This document shows, piece after piece, positions 1 to 8,144 of a stretch of DNA of 16,898 nucleotides. The stretch is from a bacterium (GTDB lineage Bacteria > SZUA-182 > DTGQ01), in contig JBFMGO010000123.1 in the NCBI GenBank assembly GCA_040752695.1, forward strand, positions 1 to 16,898. The letters are read 5' to 3'. Every line of letters starts with the position of its first letter. The stretch's first letter is position 1. The notes beneath the pieces were generated by a model. The model was not told the origin of the DNA and did not search any database. It worked only from the letters and a program-made list of their open reading frames with translations. The translations under genes and the position numbers were made by a program.

Positions 1-1
1 G

Positions 2-331
2 GTCCGGTTGAAGTTTAAGGTCACAGGGGGAGCCGAAGACGAGTGTTACCCCCTTACCGCAGGTCCGATGTGGGACGGTATTGCCGGTTTTACCCCGGTT
101 GACGGCCGTTTTTGCCTCGATTACTGCGATGGAGATCTCAACGGCGATGGAGCCATTACTCCGCAAGATGCCCTGACAGCCTTTCATTGCTACCTTGCCC
201 CCGTTGACTCCTGCCCTGACTGTGCAGATATCAATGGCAGCGGAGAGATTACCCCGCAAGATGCTCTGTGTATTTTCCAGAAATATCTGGAAATCCCTTC
301 CTGCCTGGATGAGAATTCAGGCGGTAGATAA
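2..331 (+). CDS. C-terminal part of a dockerin-domain protein, possibly preceded by the end of a cohesin-like beta-sandwich; 5' end lies outside the window
   Basis: The frame is open from base 2 (VRLKFKV...). It has two EF-hand-like dockerin segments, GDLNGDGAITPQDAL and ADINGSGEITPQDAL, each followed by a helix. The stop is TAA at 329-331. The preceding LKFKV strand resembles the end of cohesin domains (weaker evidence). Confidence 0.85.
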   Translation, partial: VRLKFKVTGGAEDECYPLTAGPMWDGIAGFTPVDGRFCLDYCDGDLNGDGAITPQDALTAFHCYLAPVDSCPDCADINGSGEITPQDALCIFQKYLEIPSCLDENSGGR

Positions 332-343
332 CGACACATGTAC

Positions 344-381
344 AAGGGGGCTTTGCTTTCATAGGGCGGCAAAGCCTCCTT
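344..381 (+). terminator. Stem-loop, candidate terminator of the dockerin gene
   Basis: AAGGGGGCTTTGC (344-356) pairs with GCAAAGCCTCCTT (369-381), 13 bp with one G-U, starting 12 nt after the stop. There is no clear U-tract. Confidence 0.5.
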
Positions 382-774
382 CCCATGATAACACCCGGAA
401 CATTTAAAGGCCATCCTAAAACCTCCGGCAACTGGCAAACCATCTGCCCAAAATGGGATTTTGGGGAGATAGAATAAACAAGCATTGTTTCAATTAGTTA
501 TAAGGTACTCGACAGTTAAAAGTTTTATCTCAAGCACCCTGTTTAAGTTGCTGAAAGTCACAAGGCTGCGATTGTCTGGAACGAATTAAGGCATAAATCG
601 CATGGGCATTGACTCTGTGTAAATTTCTCAGGATGGTTTGAGTCAGTATGTGCCCCGCCAAAAATAAATGATATTGGGTGGGGAAAAGAGCCCATATAGA
701 TCAGGCAAAGTACTGCGCGGTAAGTACGTGGTGGCCGGTTATCGTCCTTACGCCGTGGATTATCATCCTCACTT

Positions 775-3285
775 TCACACGATCTTTGCCCGATAAAGGA
801 GGAGGCTGTTGGTAACAACCGTGAGGCTGCTGGTAGCCATGGCCAGGGCAGCGAGGATGGGATGCAATTGTCTCAGGAACCCCGGCAGGAACCCGACAGC
901 AAAGAATGCGCCTGCTGCTGCCGGAATAAGGGCGACGTTGTAAAAAAATGCCCAGAAAAGATTTTGCCGAATAGTTCTCATAGTGGCCTTACTGAGCTGA
1001 AGCGCCCTGGGAATACCGCTCAGGCTTCCGCTGACCAGGGTAATATCTGCCGCCTCGATGGCCACATCCACTCCCGTGCCTATGGCGAGCCCGACATCGG
1101 CCTGAGCGAGGGCAGGGGCATCGTTGATGCCGTCACCAACCATACCGACCAGGTGTCCCTTATCCTGAAGTTCCTTTACCCTGCTCAGCTTTTCTTCCGG
1201 CCTGACTTCGGCTAAGATTTCATCAATGTGCACTTTGGATGCTACAGCTTTGGCTGCCTGAAGGTTATCACCGGTGAGCATAACGACCTTTATCCCCTGC
1301 TGGTGGAGTTCATCAATGGCTGCTCCTGATTCGGGCTTGACCGGGTCTGCCACGCTGATCAGTCCTGCGGGCCGGTCCTCGATCACTACCAGCATGACCG
1401 TCTGTCCCTCGGCCTGTAAAGCCTGGATGTGGCTTTTTGCCTCATGGTCGAGGCTAGCCCCAAGTTCCTCGAACCAGGCGGGTTTTCCCACCCGGATGAT
1501 TCTTTTGTTCACTCTGGCCGAAACCCCTAAGCCTCCGAACGCCTGGAAGTCTTCAGGCTCGGTGAGAATAATGCCTCTTTCTTCCGCCTTTTTAACAATG
1601 GAACGTCCAAGAGGATGCTCGGACCCTCTTTCCGCTGAGGCCGCCATTCGCAAAAGCTCCTCTTCCCCCCCGGCGAAGGAGGCGAGGGGTACGATTTTGA
1701 CCACGGCAGGTTTGCCCAGGGTAATAGTTCCGGTCTTATCCAGGACAAGGGTGTCCAGGCGGCTGGCCTTTTGCAGTGCCTCACTGTTTCTAAAAAGGAT
1801 GCCCCGGTCAGCGGCTTTGCCCATCCCGGCCATAATGGCCGTTGGTGTGGCCAGTCCGAGTGCACAGGGGCAGGCAATGACCAGAACCGCTACCATGCGT
1901 ATCATGGCCGGAACAAAGGCGCCGCCGATAATCCACCAGAGCATGAAGGTGAGTACGGCAATCCCGATGACCGCAGGGACAAAGATGGCGGAAATCCGGT
2001 CGGCCAGGGCCTGAATAGGAGCCCTGCTGCCCTGGGCCTGCTGAACCAGTTGGATAATCCTGGCCAGGGCCGTGTCCTGACCGACCCTGGTGGCTCTGAC
2101 TTTAAGCCTTCCCGCCTGATTTATCGTGGCTCCGATAACGGTGTCGCCCGGCCGCTTGTCTACAGGCAGCGGCTCTCCGCTTAACATGGATTCATCAACT
2201 GCCGACTCTCCGTCGATGACTACTCCGTCAACCGGAATACTCTCACCAGGGCGGACGATGAGCGTATCACCGACCTTGACCTGAGAAAGGGGAATCTCTA
2301 TTTCTTTCCACCCGGCTCCGGTCCCGGTCCCGGCTCCAGTCCCGATGCCGACTCCAGTCCCGATGCCGACTCCAGTACCGACGCTGGCCGCTACCCCGGT
2401 CCTGTTCTGTGCCCCGGTCCTGGCAACAGCCCCAGCCCTGGCCCCGGTCTCGGCCCCAGTACTGGTTCCGGTCTCTGTCCCGGCCATAGTTCCGGTCCCG
2501 GCTCCAGCCCTGGTCTCAGGCCCTTGAATTCTTCCTTTCGCTCCTTCCTCGACTATGATGGTAGCGGTTTTGGGACGCAGCCCGATCAATTTTCGAATGG
2601 CTTCTCCTGTACGGCCTTTAGCGCGTGACTCCAGCATCTTGCCCAGCTTGATCAGGGTAATGATCATGGCCGAAGTCTCAAAATAGGTGTGCTGGCCAAG
2701 CGAGGGATACAGCAAAAGGGCTACAGAATAAAAATAGGCTACTGATGAGCCCATAGCTACCAGCACATCCATATTGGCGCTGCCATTCTTCAGGCTCTTC
2801 CATCCTCCCCGGTAGTAGTCCCAGCCGGTATAAAACTGGACAGGTGTGGCTAAAAGCCAGAAAAGCCAGTTGCCCCAGGACGAGAGAATCCATGCCCCCG
2901 CGGCACCCAGACCGGCCACGAGGCCAAGATCCCTTCCCATGCTGAGTATAAAGAGGGGTATGGTCAGGATCATGCCAACAAGAAACTTGCGGGTCTGATC
3001 GGTTATCTCGGCCTTGCGGGCGGCCCTCTCCGCATCTTCGGCATCTTTGGCCTGTTCAGACCTTTGTGCAGGCAAAAGGGCCTTATATCCTGCCTCCTCT
3101 ATGGCGGCTGCCATTCCTTCTGGGGTGGCCAGGTCCGGATGGTACTCGATGGAAGCGCGTTCAGTAGCAAAATTGACCGATGCCTGCACCACGCCGGGTA
3201 ACTTTTGAAGGCGCTTCTCGACGTTTAAAGCACAATTAACGCAATGCATCCCGGTAACCGGAATATCTACTTTTTGGGTAGCCAC
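775..3285 (-). CDS. copA: Copper(I)-translocating P1B-type ATPase
   Basis: Motifs present: N-terminal HMA GMHCVNC, NMDVLV, A-domain [10 protein letters not shown], transmembrane CPC ([12 protein letters not shown]), [23 protein letters not shown], and the P1B-1 residues YN and MxxSS (MATSS). The start is moved from the track's 3357 to GTG at 3285, which lies 8 nt downstream of AGGAGG. Confidence 0.95.
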   Translation of the reverse strand: MATQKVDIPVTGMHCVNCALNVEKRLQKLPGVVQASVNFATERASIEYHPDLATPEGMAAAIEEAGYKALLPAQRSEQAKDAEDAERAARKAEITDQTRKFLVGMILTIPLFILSMGRDLGLVAGLGAAGAWILSSWGNWLFWLLATPVQFYTGWDYYRGGWKSLKNGSANMDVLVAMGSSVAYFYSVALLLYPSLGQHTYFETSAMIITLIKLGKMLESRAKGRTGEAIRKLIGLRPKTATIIVEEGAKGRIQGPETRAGAGTGTMAGTETGTSTGAETGARAGAVARTGAQNRTGVAASVGTGVGIGTGVGIGTGAGTGTGAGWKEIEIPLSQVKVGDTLIVRPGESIPVDGVVIDGESAVDESMLSGEPLPVDKRPGDTVIGATINQAGRLKVRATRVGQDTALARIIQLVQQAQGSRAPIQALADRISAIFVPAVIGIAVLTFMLWWIIGGAFVPAMIRMVAVLVIACPCALGLATPTAIMAGMGKAADRGILFRNSEALQKASRLDTLVLDKTGTITLGKPAVVKIVPLASFAGGEEELLRMAASAERGSEHPLGRSIVKKAEERGIILTEPEDFQAFGGLGVSARVNKRIIRVGKPAWFEELGASLDHEAKSHIQALQAEGQTVMLVVIEDRPAGLISVADPVKPESGAAIDELHQQGIKVVMLTGDNLQAAKAVASKVHIDEILAEVRPEEKLSRVKELQDKGHLVGMVGDGINDAPALAQADVGLAIGTGVDVAIEAADITLVSGSLSGIPRALQLSKATMRTIRQNLFWAFFYNVALIPAAAGAFFAVGFLPGFLRQLHPILAALAMATSSLTVVTNSLLLYRAKIV
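2311..2520. repeat. Degenerate 6-bp-period array (35 units) encoding a Gly/Thr/Ala/Val-rich insertion in CopA
   Basis: The + strand parses as hexamers such as cccggc, tccggt, cccggt, tccagt, cccgat and gccgac. The protein reads ...[23 protein letters not shown]... Confidence 0.9.
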
Positions 3286-3293
3286 CAGGTCTT

Positions 3294-3299
3294 CCTCCT
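3294..3299 (-). promoter_or_regulatory. Shine-Dalgarno site of copA
   Basis: AGGAGG on the - strand, 8 nt before GTG (3285). Confidence 0.8.
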
Positions 3300-3328
3300 G
3301 TGAAACAGATATAAATTTTTTTATTAAC

Positions 3329-3357
3329 AGAATATCGCAATAATCAATTTTTGTCAA
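3329..3357 (-). promoter_or_regulatory. Sigma70-type promoter for copA
   Basis: The - strand reads TTGACA (3357-3352), 17 nt, TATTCT (3334-3329). The -10 box ends 43 nt upstream of the GTG start. Confidence 0.75.
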
Positions 3358-3442
3358 TTTTTACAGAAATATGGACCTCTCTTCACATGCATCGGGCTGA
3401 CTTTTCCTCAGTGCCATGGGTGCCTTTTGGTATGGTGTGGCA

Positions 3443-3504
3443 GAGGTAATCATGGGGAGATTGGGGAGATATGGAGAGATGAGGTGAGATGAGGTGATTG
3501 CCTC
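3443..3504. repeat. Purine-rich 9-10 bp tandem repeats bracketed by a 10-bp inverted repeat
   Basis: The arms GAGGTAATCA and TGATTGCCTC match at 9/10 positions. They enclose TGGGGAGAT x2, ATGGAGAGAT, GAGGTGAGAT and GAGGTGA. Confidence 0.6.
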
Positions 3505-3793
3505 AATGGGAGTTAATTACCACAGGCAGTCGTACTTTTTTCACCAGAATGCCGAAGAAACATAAAATCCTGACCGAAAAAAGATATGAGGAGATGTTTT
3601 TCACTTTCTTACCATCTTCATCCTCAAAATACGCATTATCGAAAAGAACCGCGGGAAAGCATGATAAGCACGCCACAAAAAGCACGCAAAGGTAAGTACT
3701 TATAAAGACATTGCCCAGGGGGCATCACCAGGGCACTTTGCAGCTTATGAACATAAAATTAGTTCAGTGCAAGATATGGAGGACATCCGTACG

Positions 3794-4042
3794 ATGGGGA
3801 AAGAAAACCTGTCAAAGCCAGGAGAAAAAGTAAAAAATCCCGCCAGGAGGCTATCAAGGAAAGAAAAGATAAAGGTTTTGACAGCTATCCAGGAGTTCGG
3901 CATTGGAACTTATGCCTGTCCGGAAACATCGGTTCAGGATCTGGACCAGCTCTATCACCTGGCAAATAAATGGAAAGCAGAGTTGGAAAAACCCATCTTC
4001 AGGCAGGAAGAGGATAACGTTGTTTTTATCCTTTTCACCTAA
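3794..4042 (+). CDS. Small hypothetical protein (about 82 aa)
   Basis: The ORF fills the gap between copA and the SNF2 gene without overlap. GGAGG at 3778-3782 precedes ATG 3794 (alternative starts are 3767 and 3776). It has a basic N-terminus and probable helices, with no recognised motif. Confidence 0.55.
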   Translation: MGKENLSKPGEKVKNPARRLSRKEKIKVLTAIQEFGIGTYACPETSVQDLDQLYHLANKWKAELEKPIFRQEEDNVVFILFT

Positions 4043-4096
4043 AAAGGGCAGGTACTTCAGGCAAAGTTTTATCAGGAGCTGCTCCTGTTTCGGTGA

Positions 4097-7000
4097 TCAG
4101 GAAAACAGAGCCATAATGTCATCCCTGGTCAACTGTTTGACAAGGCTCTCATGAGAGTGGATGACGTTCCGGACGAGATCCCTTTTTTGCTCCTGAAGAT
4201 CCTGGATTTTCTCTTCTACGCTGTCCCTGGTGATAAAGCGGTAGGTAAAGACCCTTCTTTGCTGGCCGATGCGGTGAGTCCGGTCAATAGCCTGCATTTC
4301 TACCGCAGGGTTCCACCAGGGGTCATAAAGGAACACGTAATCCGCAGCCGTCAGGTTGAGGCCAAAGCCTCCGGCTTTCAGGCTGATGAGGAAAAGCTTG
4401 CAGTCCTGATCCTCCTGAAATTGACGGACGCACTGGTCGCGGTCCCGAACGCGGCCATCCAGGTATTGATAAGGGATATCGTTTTGATCAAGCCATCTGC
4501 GCATGATCCTGAGCATACTGGTAAATTGTGAGAAAACCAGGGCTTTATGCCCCTCCTCTATCACTTCATCCAGCATTTCCTGAAAGGCCAGGAACTTTCC
4601 GGAGGAAGATCCCTTCTCCATTGAGTGAAAGCCGGACAGGATCACGGGGTGACAACATATTTGCCGCAGCCGCAAAAGCCCTTCCAGGACCTTGAACCTT
4701 GATTGGTTAATCCCTGCCTGATCAATGACCTCCAACAGGCTGGCTCTGTATCTTTCGCGGAACTGGTTGTAAATAACACGCTGACCTTCGGTCATGTCAC
4801 AATAAACTACCTGCACTGTCTTTTCAGGCAATTCCGGCTCCACATCCTCTTTTGTCCGCCTGAGCAGGAATGGGCTTACCAGCCTTCGCAATGGCTCAAG
4901 ATCGACCTGCTCCTGCCGGGATGTTTTCTCGCCCTGACCTGCCTGCTCTGTTTCCCGGTCTGCCGACTCTTTCTCTGAATCCTGGGGCCTTCGCGGATTT
5001 TGGCACCTTTCCGGCCCCTGGTACCTCTCCGAACCTTGATACCTCTGCGAACCTTGGTACCTTTTCGAATCACGGTGTCTTTCAGGCCCCTGATACCTTT
5101 CCGAATCCTGGGGTTTTTCCGGATTTTGGAGCCTTGACGGATTTCCAAACCGATGAATAAATTCCCCATACCCGCCCAGGAGTGAAGGGTTCAGAAACTC
5201 AAACTGAGACCACAGTTCTCCCAGATGATTCTCAAGCGGAGTACCGGTCAACGACAGGCGATGCCGGGCGTTGATCAACGAAGATGCCTTCGCTACCTGG
5301 GTCTGATGATTCTTGATGACCTGGGCCTCATCCAGGATCAGGTAGTTGAATTCGAATTCCCGTAAAGGCAGAATGTCCCGCCGCAAGATTCCATAGGTCG
5401 TGATGATCAGGTCAAACTTACCGAAATCTTTCATCAGTTCCCTTCTCTGAGAGCCGGTGTAAGAGAGTACCCGCATGTGGGGGGTAAACCGTTGTGCCTC
5501 CCGCTGCCAGTTGAAAACCAGCGAGGTCGGAACTACCACCAGTGAAGGAGCCATACTCCCCCCTTGCCTTACATGCTCCAGCGAAGGCTCCGTACTCCCC
5601 TCTTGCTTTACATGCTCCAGCAAAGCCAAAACCTGGATGGTCTTTCCAAGGCCCATGTCATCGGCCAGACAACCGCCAAAGCCGAATTCATGCAGAAATA
5701 CCAGCCAGTCAAGCCCTTTTTTCTGATAGGGCCGCAAGGTACCCTGAAATCCGGGCGGAATATCTACGGACCGGATTCCCTGAAAGTTTTGGAGGCAATC
5801 CCGGATTCTCCGGTATTGGTCATCCACGGTAACCTTTTCACCTGAAGTGAGAATAAAATCAAGCAGTCCGGTCTGACCAAAGGAGAACCGCAAATCATCC
5901 TTCGCTTTGCTTTGGCTTTCTCCCAGATTCAGGGCAAACCTGTTGCGCTGCAGCCAGGCTTCCGGCAGGATGCCCAGAGTGCCGTCACCCAGGGGAACGA
6001 ATCGCTCACCCTCTTTTTCCAGATTCAATACCGTTCGCAGGGAAGCAGCCTGCTCGTCAAATTCAATTTCACCATGCACATCAAACCAATCAATACCGGT
6101 AGCAACCGTAAACTGAAATCTGGAGGGCAGACGGATCTTTTTTTTGCCTCGACCCTGGATGTGCCACCGGTTACTTTCCAGTAAACTTTGCAGGGCCTTG
6201 ATCGCAGTATCAGAGGAGAGACTCCATTCGTAATCGGCATTGTTCTGGGGTGTGAATCCAAGGTCCTGGAGTTGCCGCATGCAGGCACTCTCCAGGGAGA
6301 GGTCGCGCTGGACCTGAACCCGGCGGTTGAAATCATGAATAGCCAAAGAGGGATTTCGTGAATCTGCGTGGTAATCTTCCCCATATCGAAAGGTAAGGTG
6401 CGCCCAGAGTTCCCGGCCAGAGGTGATGATGTACAATTCGGGATCGGGTGACAGTCCTTGAATTTTTTTTAATTCCAGTTCTCTGGGAAGGATAAAAATA
6501 TCGGAGAGGGAATATTTTCCCTGCTGATCGATATTCTGGAAAAAGTCCAAAACATCAGCCCGGTCGATAGATATGGGTACAGGCTTTCTCAACTCCCGGA
6601 TCCAGTTAAAGGGAACCTTCGTGCTGATCTGATGGATACGTCCCTCGTAAATAAACCAATGGGGATCTCCGGCAAAGATAATGTCCGGTTCAACCAGGGG
6701 AATCGGTTGATCCAGCCCTTGACGGGTGAGCAGAGGGCAAAGCTGATACCCGTCTTCCTCCTCGTTTTCCTCGAAGAGGATCTTAAAGTGCCAGAGCCGT
6801 TCCTGGGAAAATTTCAGCTTTATCTCTCGATGTTTCGTCTGAAAATAGTTCGTCTTGTCAATTTCGTTAATCCGAAGATAGAGCCGGTCAGTGGCCTCCA
6901 GGATAGGGAGAAGGTCCAGGGCAACGGTTGTGGGAATCGGGATATTTTCTACCGCTTTATCCCGAAAGCTATCGTAATGGTAACGATAGGCTAAGTGCTC

Positions 7001-7777
7001 GCGGCCGTTTTTCAGGGAGAGTACTAACTCCATAGCCCTTCTGTCCGCAGGGTTACTATACTTTTCGGTCAGTACCTTGCCAAGCTCGAACCTCACTGAC
7101 CGGGACTTTCCCCATTCTCCGGTCTTTTTCAGATATCTTTCCTCAACATTTAAAATGACCTGCCCCCGCTGCAAACTGAGTTCCCGGTCGAGAATAAAAA
7201 AGGGAAAGAATTGATGAGATGACCCTTTGGCCTGTTTGTTCTTTGGAGAAGAATTATCCTCCTCAGGTAAAAGTATCCGCCAATCCCGGCCACGCCTGAG
7301 CTCAGGCAGGCTGAAGGAGTGATTCTGGGTGGGTGCGGGTGCCTTATAGCCTGATTTTTTCCTGCGGTTTCTGACTTCCAGGGCTCCGGTACCGCCTTGC
7401 GGTACGTCAAGGGCACCTGTTCCACTGTCCCATGCACCTATGGCACTCTCTTTACCTCTCCTCTCTTCATCTCTCCTCTCTTTCCCCTGCCAGGAACCTA
7501 TCGCCCGCCACTTTTGGTCAGCCTCAACAATAGCAGCCCATAAGTGCTTGCAGTTTTCTCCCCAGTCAAGGAACGATGAGCACGTGCAGGACATTTCTAC
7601 ATGAGAGGAAGTCCCGAGATTGATTCCTACCGTATATTTTTGGTCTCCCTTGACCGTTGCCTCAATTTTGTCGGAATTTAAGATCCTGATATCTACAAGA
7701 CCCTTCGAAAAGAATAGCTCGCCGCCCTGGCGAGCTGCGGATGAGAATTGCGGCCGCATTTTATCTAAAAAAGACAT
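4097..7777 (-). CDS. SWIM zinc-finger SNF2-family (DEAD/DEAH-like) helicase/ATPase
   Basis: Motifs present: SWIM CTC-x9-CKH, LRPYQKKGLDWL, motif I LADDMGLGKT, VVPTSLVFNW, motif II ILDEAQVIKN, LTGTPLEN, FLLRRTK, LVFSQF, SLKAGGFGLNLTAAD, DPWWNP and QAIDRTHRIGQ. Confidence 0.95.
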   Translation of the reverse strand: MSFLDKMRPQFSSAARQGGELFFSKGLVDIRILNSDKIEATVKGDQKYTVGINLGTSSHVEMSCTCSSFLDWGENCKHLWAAIVEADQKWRAIGSWQGKERRDEERRGKESAIGAWDSGTGALDVPQGGTGALEVRNRRKKSGYKAPAPTQNHSFSLPELRRGRDWRILLPEEDNSSPKNKQAKGSSHQFFPFFILDRELSLQRGQVILNVEERYLKKTGEWGKSRSVRFELGKVLTEKYSNPADRRAMELVLSLKNGREHLAYRYHYDSFRDKAVENIPIPTTVALDLLPILEATDRLYLRINEIDKTNYFQTKHREIKLKFSQERLWHFKILFEENEEEDGYQLCPLLTRQGLDQPIPLVEPDIIFAGDPHWFIYEGRIHQISTKVPFNWIRELRKPVPISIDRADVLDFFQNIDQQGKYSLSDIFILPRELELKKIQGLSPDPELYIITSGRELWAHLTFRYGEDYHADSRNPSLAIHDFNRRVQVQRDLSLESACMRQLQDLGFTPQNNADYEWSLSSDTAIKALQSLLESNRWHIQGRGKKKIRLPSRFQFTVATGIDWFDVHGEIEFDEQAASLRTVLNLEKEGERFVPLGDGTLGILPEAWLQRNRFALNLGESQSKAKDDLRFSFGQTGLLDFILTSGEKVTVDDQYRRIRDCLQNFQGIRSVDIPPGFQGTLRPYQKKGLDWLVFLHEFGFGGCLADDMGLGKTIQVLALLEHVKQEGSTEPSLEHVRQGGSMAPSLVVVPTSLVFNWQREAQRFTPHMRVLSYTGSQRRELMKDFGKFDLIITTYGILRRDILPLREFEFNYLILDEAQVIKNHQTQVAKASSLINARHRLSLTGTPLENHLGELWSQFEFLNPSLLGGYGEFIHRFGNPSRLQNPEKPQDSERYQGPERHRDSKRYQGSQRYQGSERYQGPERCQNPRRPQDSEKESADRETEQAGQGEKTSRQEQVDLEPLRRLVSPFLLRRTKEDVEPELPEKTVQVVYCDMTEGQRVIYNQFRERYRASLLEVIDQAGINQSRFKVLEGLLRLRQICCHPVILSGFHSMEKGSSSGKFLAFQEMLDEVIEEGHKALVFSQFTSMLRIMRRWLDQNDIPYQYLDGRVRDRDQCVRQFQEDQDCKLFLISLKAGGFGLNLTAADYVFLYDPWWNPAVEMQAIDRTHRIGQQRRVFTYRFITRDSVEEKIQDLQEQKRDLVRNVIHSHESLVKQLTRDDIMALFS
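4967..5128. repeat. Nine degenerate 18-bp tandem units inside the SNF2 ATPase domain
   Basis: The units encode QNPEKP QDSERY QGPERH RDSKRY QGSQRY QGSERY QGPERC QNPRRP QDSEKE. Confidence 0.9.
5541..5618. repeat. 39-bp tandem duplication inside the SNF2 gene
   Basis: 5541-5579 and 5580-5618 match at 33/39 positions. They encode EHVKQEGSTEPSL and EHVRQGGSMAPSL. Confidence 0.9.
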
Positions 7778-7831
7778 GCTTATTTTTACTCTCTCGCGTT
7801 AGGATGTACTCATTCTCTGTGTTCTTAAATA

Positions 7832-7860
7832 AGTGTAACAAACTTAACGCCAATAGTAAA
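7832..7860 (-). promoter_or_regulatory. Candidate sigma70 promoter with extended -10 for the SNF2 gene
   Basis: The - strand reads TTTACT, 17 nt, TACACT, with TGn directly before the -10. It lies 54 nt upstream of ATG 7777. Confidence 0.55.
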
Positions 7861-8131
7861 TTTTAAAATGGGGTATCCAAATAAATCTCCACGCATTTAT
7901 CGTGCCTTGCCCGGTAGACTTTCAAAAAACCCGTTGAGAGGTAGGAGTTACGGTAGTAATTCATGACCTGTCCTTCCGATAGTACTGTGCTTCATTATTT
8001 AGCATATTTTCAGGTAAAATTAAATATAAAAATATTATAAATAACTAATCAAAGAACTTTCTTGAACAGTCGGGGCATATTGTCTCCTCATTGTCAATTT
8101 TTCAAGATGGGCGAGAAGCTCGATAGAGCAA

Positions 8132-8137
8132 AAGGAG
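8132..8137 (+). promoter_or_regulatory. Shine-Dalgarno site of the large secreted protein
   Basis: AAGGAG, 7 nt before ATG 8145. Confidence 0.75.
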
Positions 8138-8144
8138 AAGAATT

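Noticed and set aside
365..470. Fragments resembling a c-di-GMP-I riboswitch (GCAAAGCCTCC, GGCAAACCAT...ATGGGA)
   Set aside because: The pieces are in the wrong order, the GNRA loop and second stem are missing, and the site is downstream of convergent genes rather than in a 5' leader.
2170..2200. SGE instead of TGE in the CopA A-domain motif
   Set aside because: This is a conservative Thr-to-Ser change that keeps the catalytic Glu. It is not evidence of inactivation.
862..2527. Long + strand ORFs (e.g. 1274-2014, 1771-2184, 862-1215, 2345-2527)
   Set aside because: They are antisense shadows of copA with no independent motifs or RBS.
3286..3357. ORF-track N-terminal extension of CopA starting at TTG 3357
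   Set aside because: That TTG is the -35 box (TTGACA). The strong RBS supports GTG 3285 instead.
3503..3754. Small - strand ORF 3503-3685 that could extend through an in-frame TGA to an ATG at 3754 (possible selenocysteine readthrough)
   Set aside because: There is no RBS, no recognisable selenoprotein motif and no SECIS-like hairpin just 3' of the TGA. The coding status of the ORF itself is unsupported.
4073..4087. Palindrome CAGGAGC-T-GCTCCTG between convergent ORFs
   Set aside because: The stem is short with only a 3-T tail. It may be a weak terminator but cannot be called.
4097..7777. SNF2 helicase as part of an anti-phage system (e.g. DISARM or Zorya-associated)
   Set aside because: It is a stand-alone gene with the common SWIM-SNF2 architecture, with no methylase, nuclease or other defence genes adjacent.
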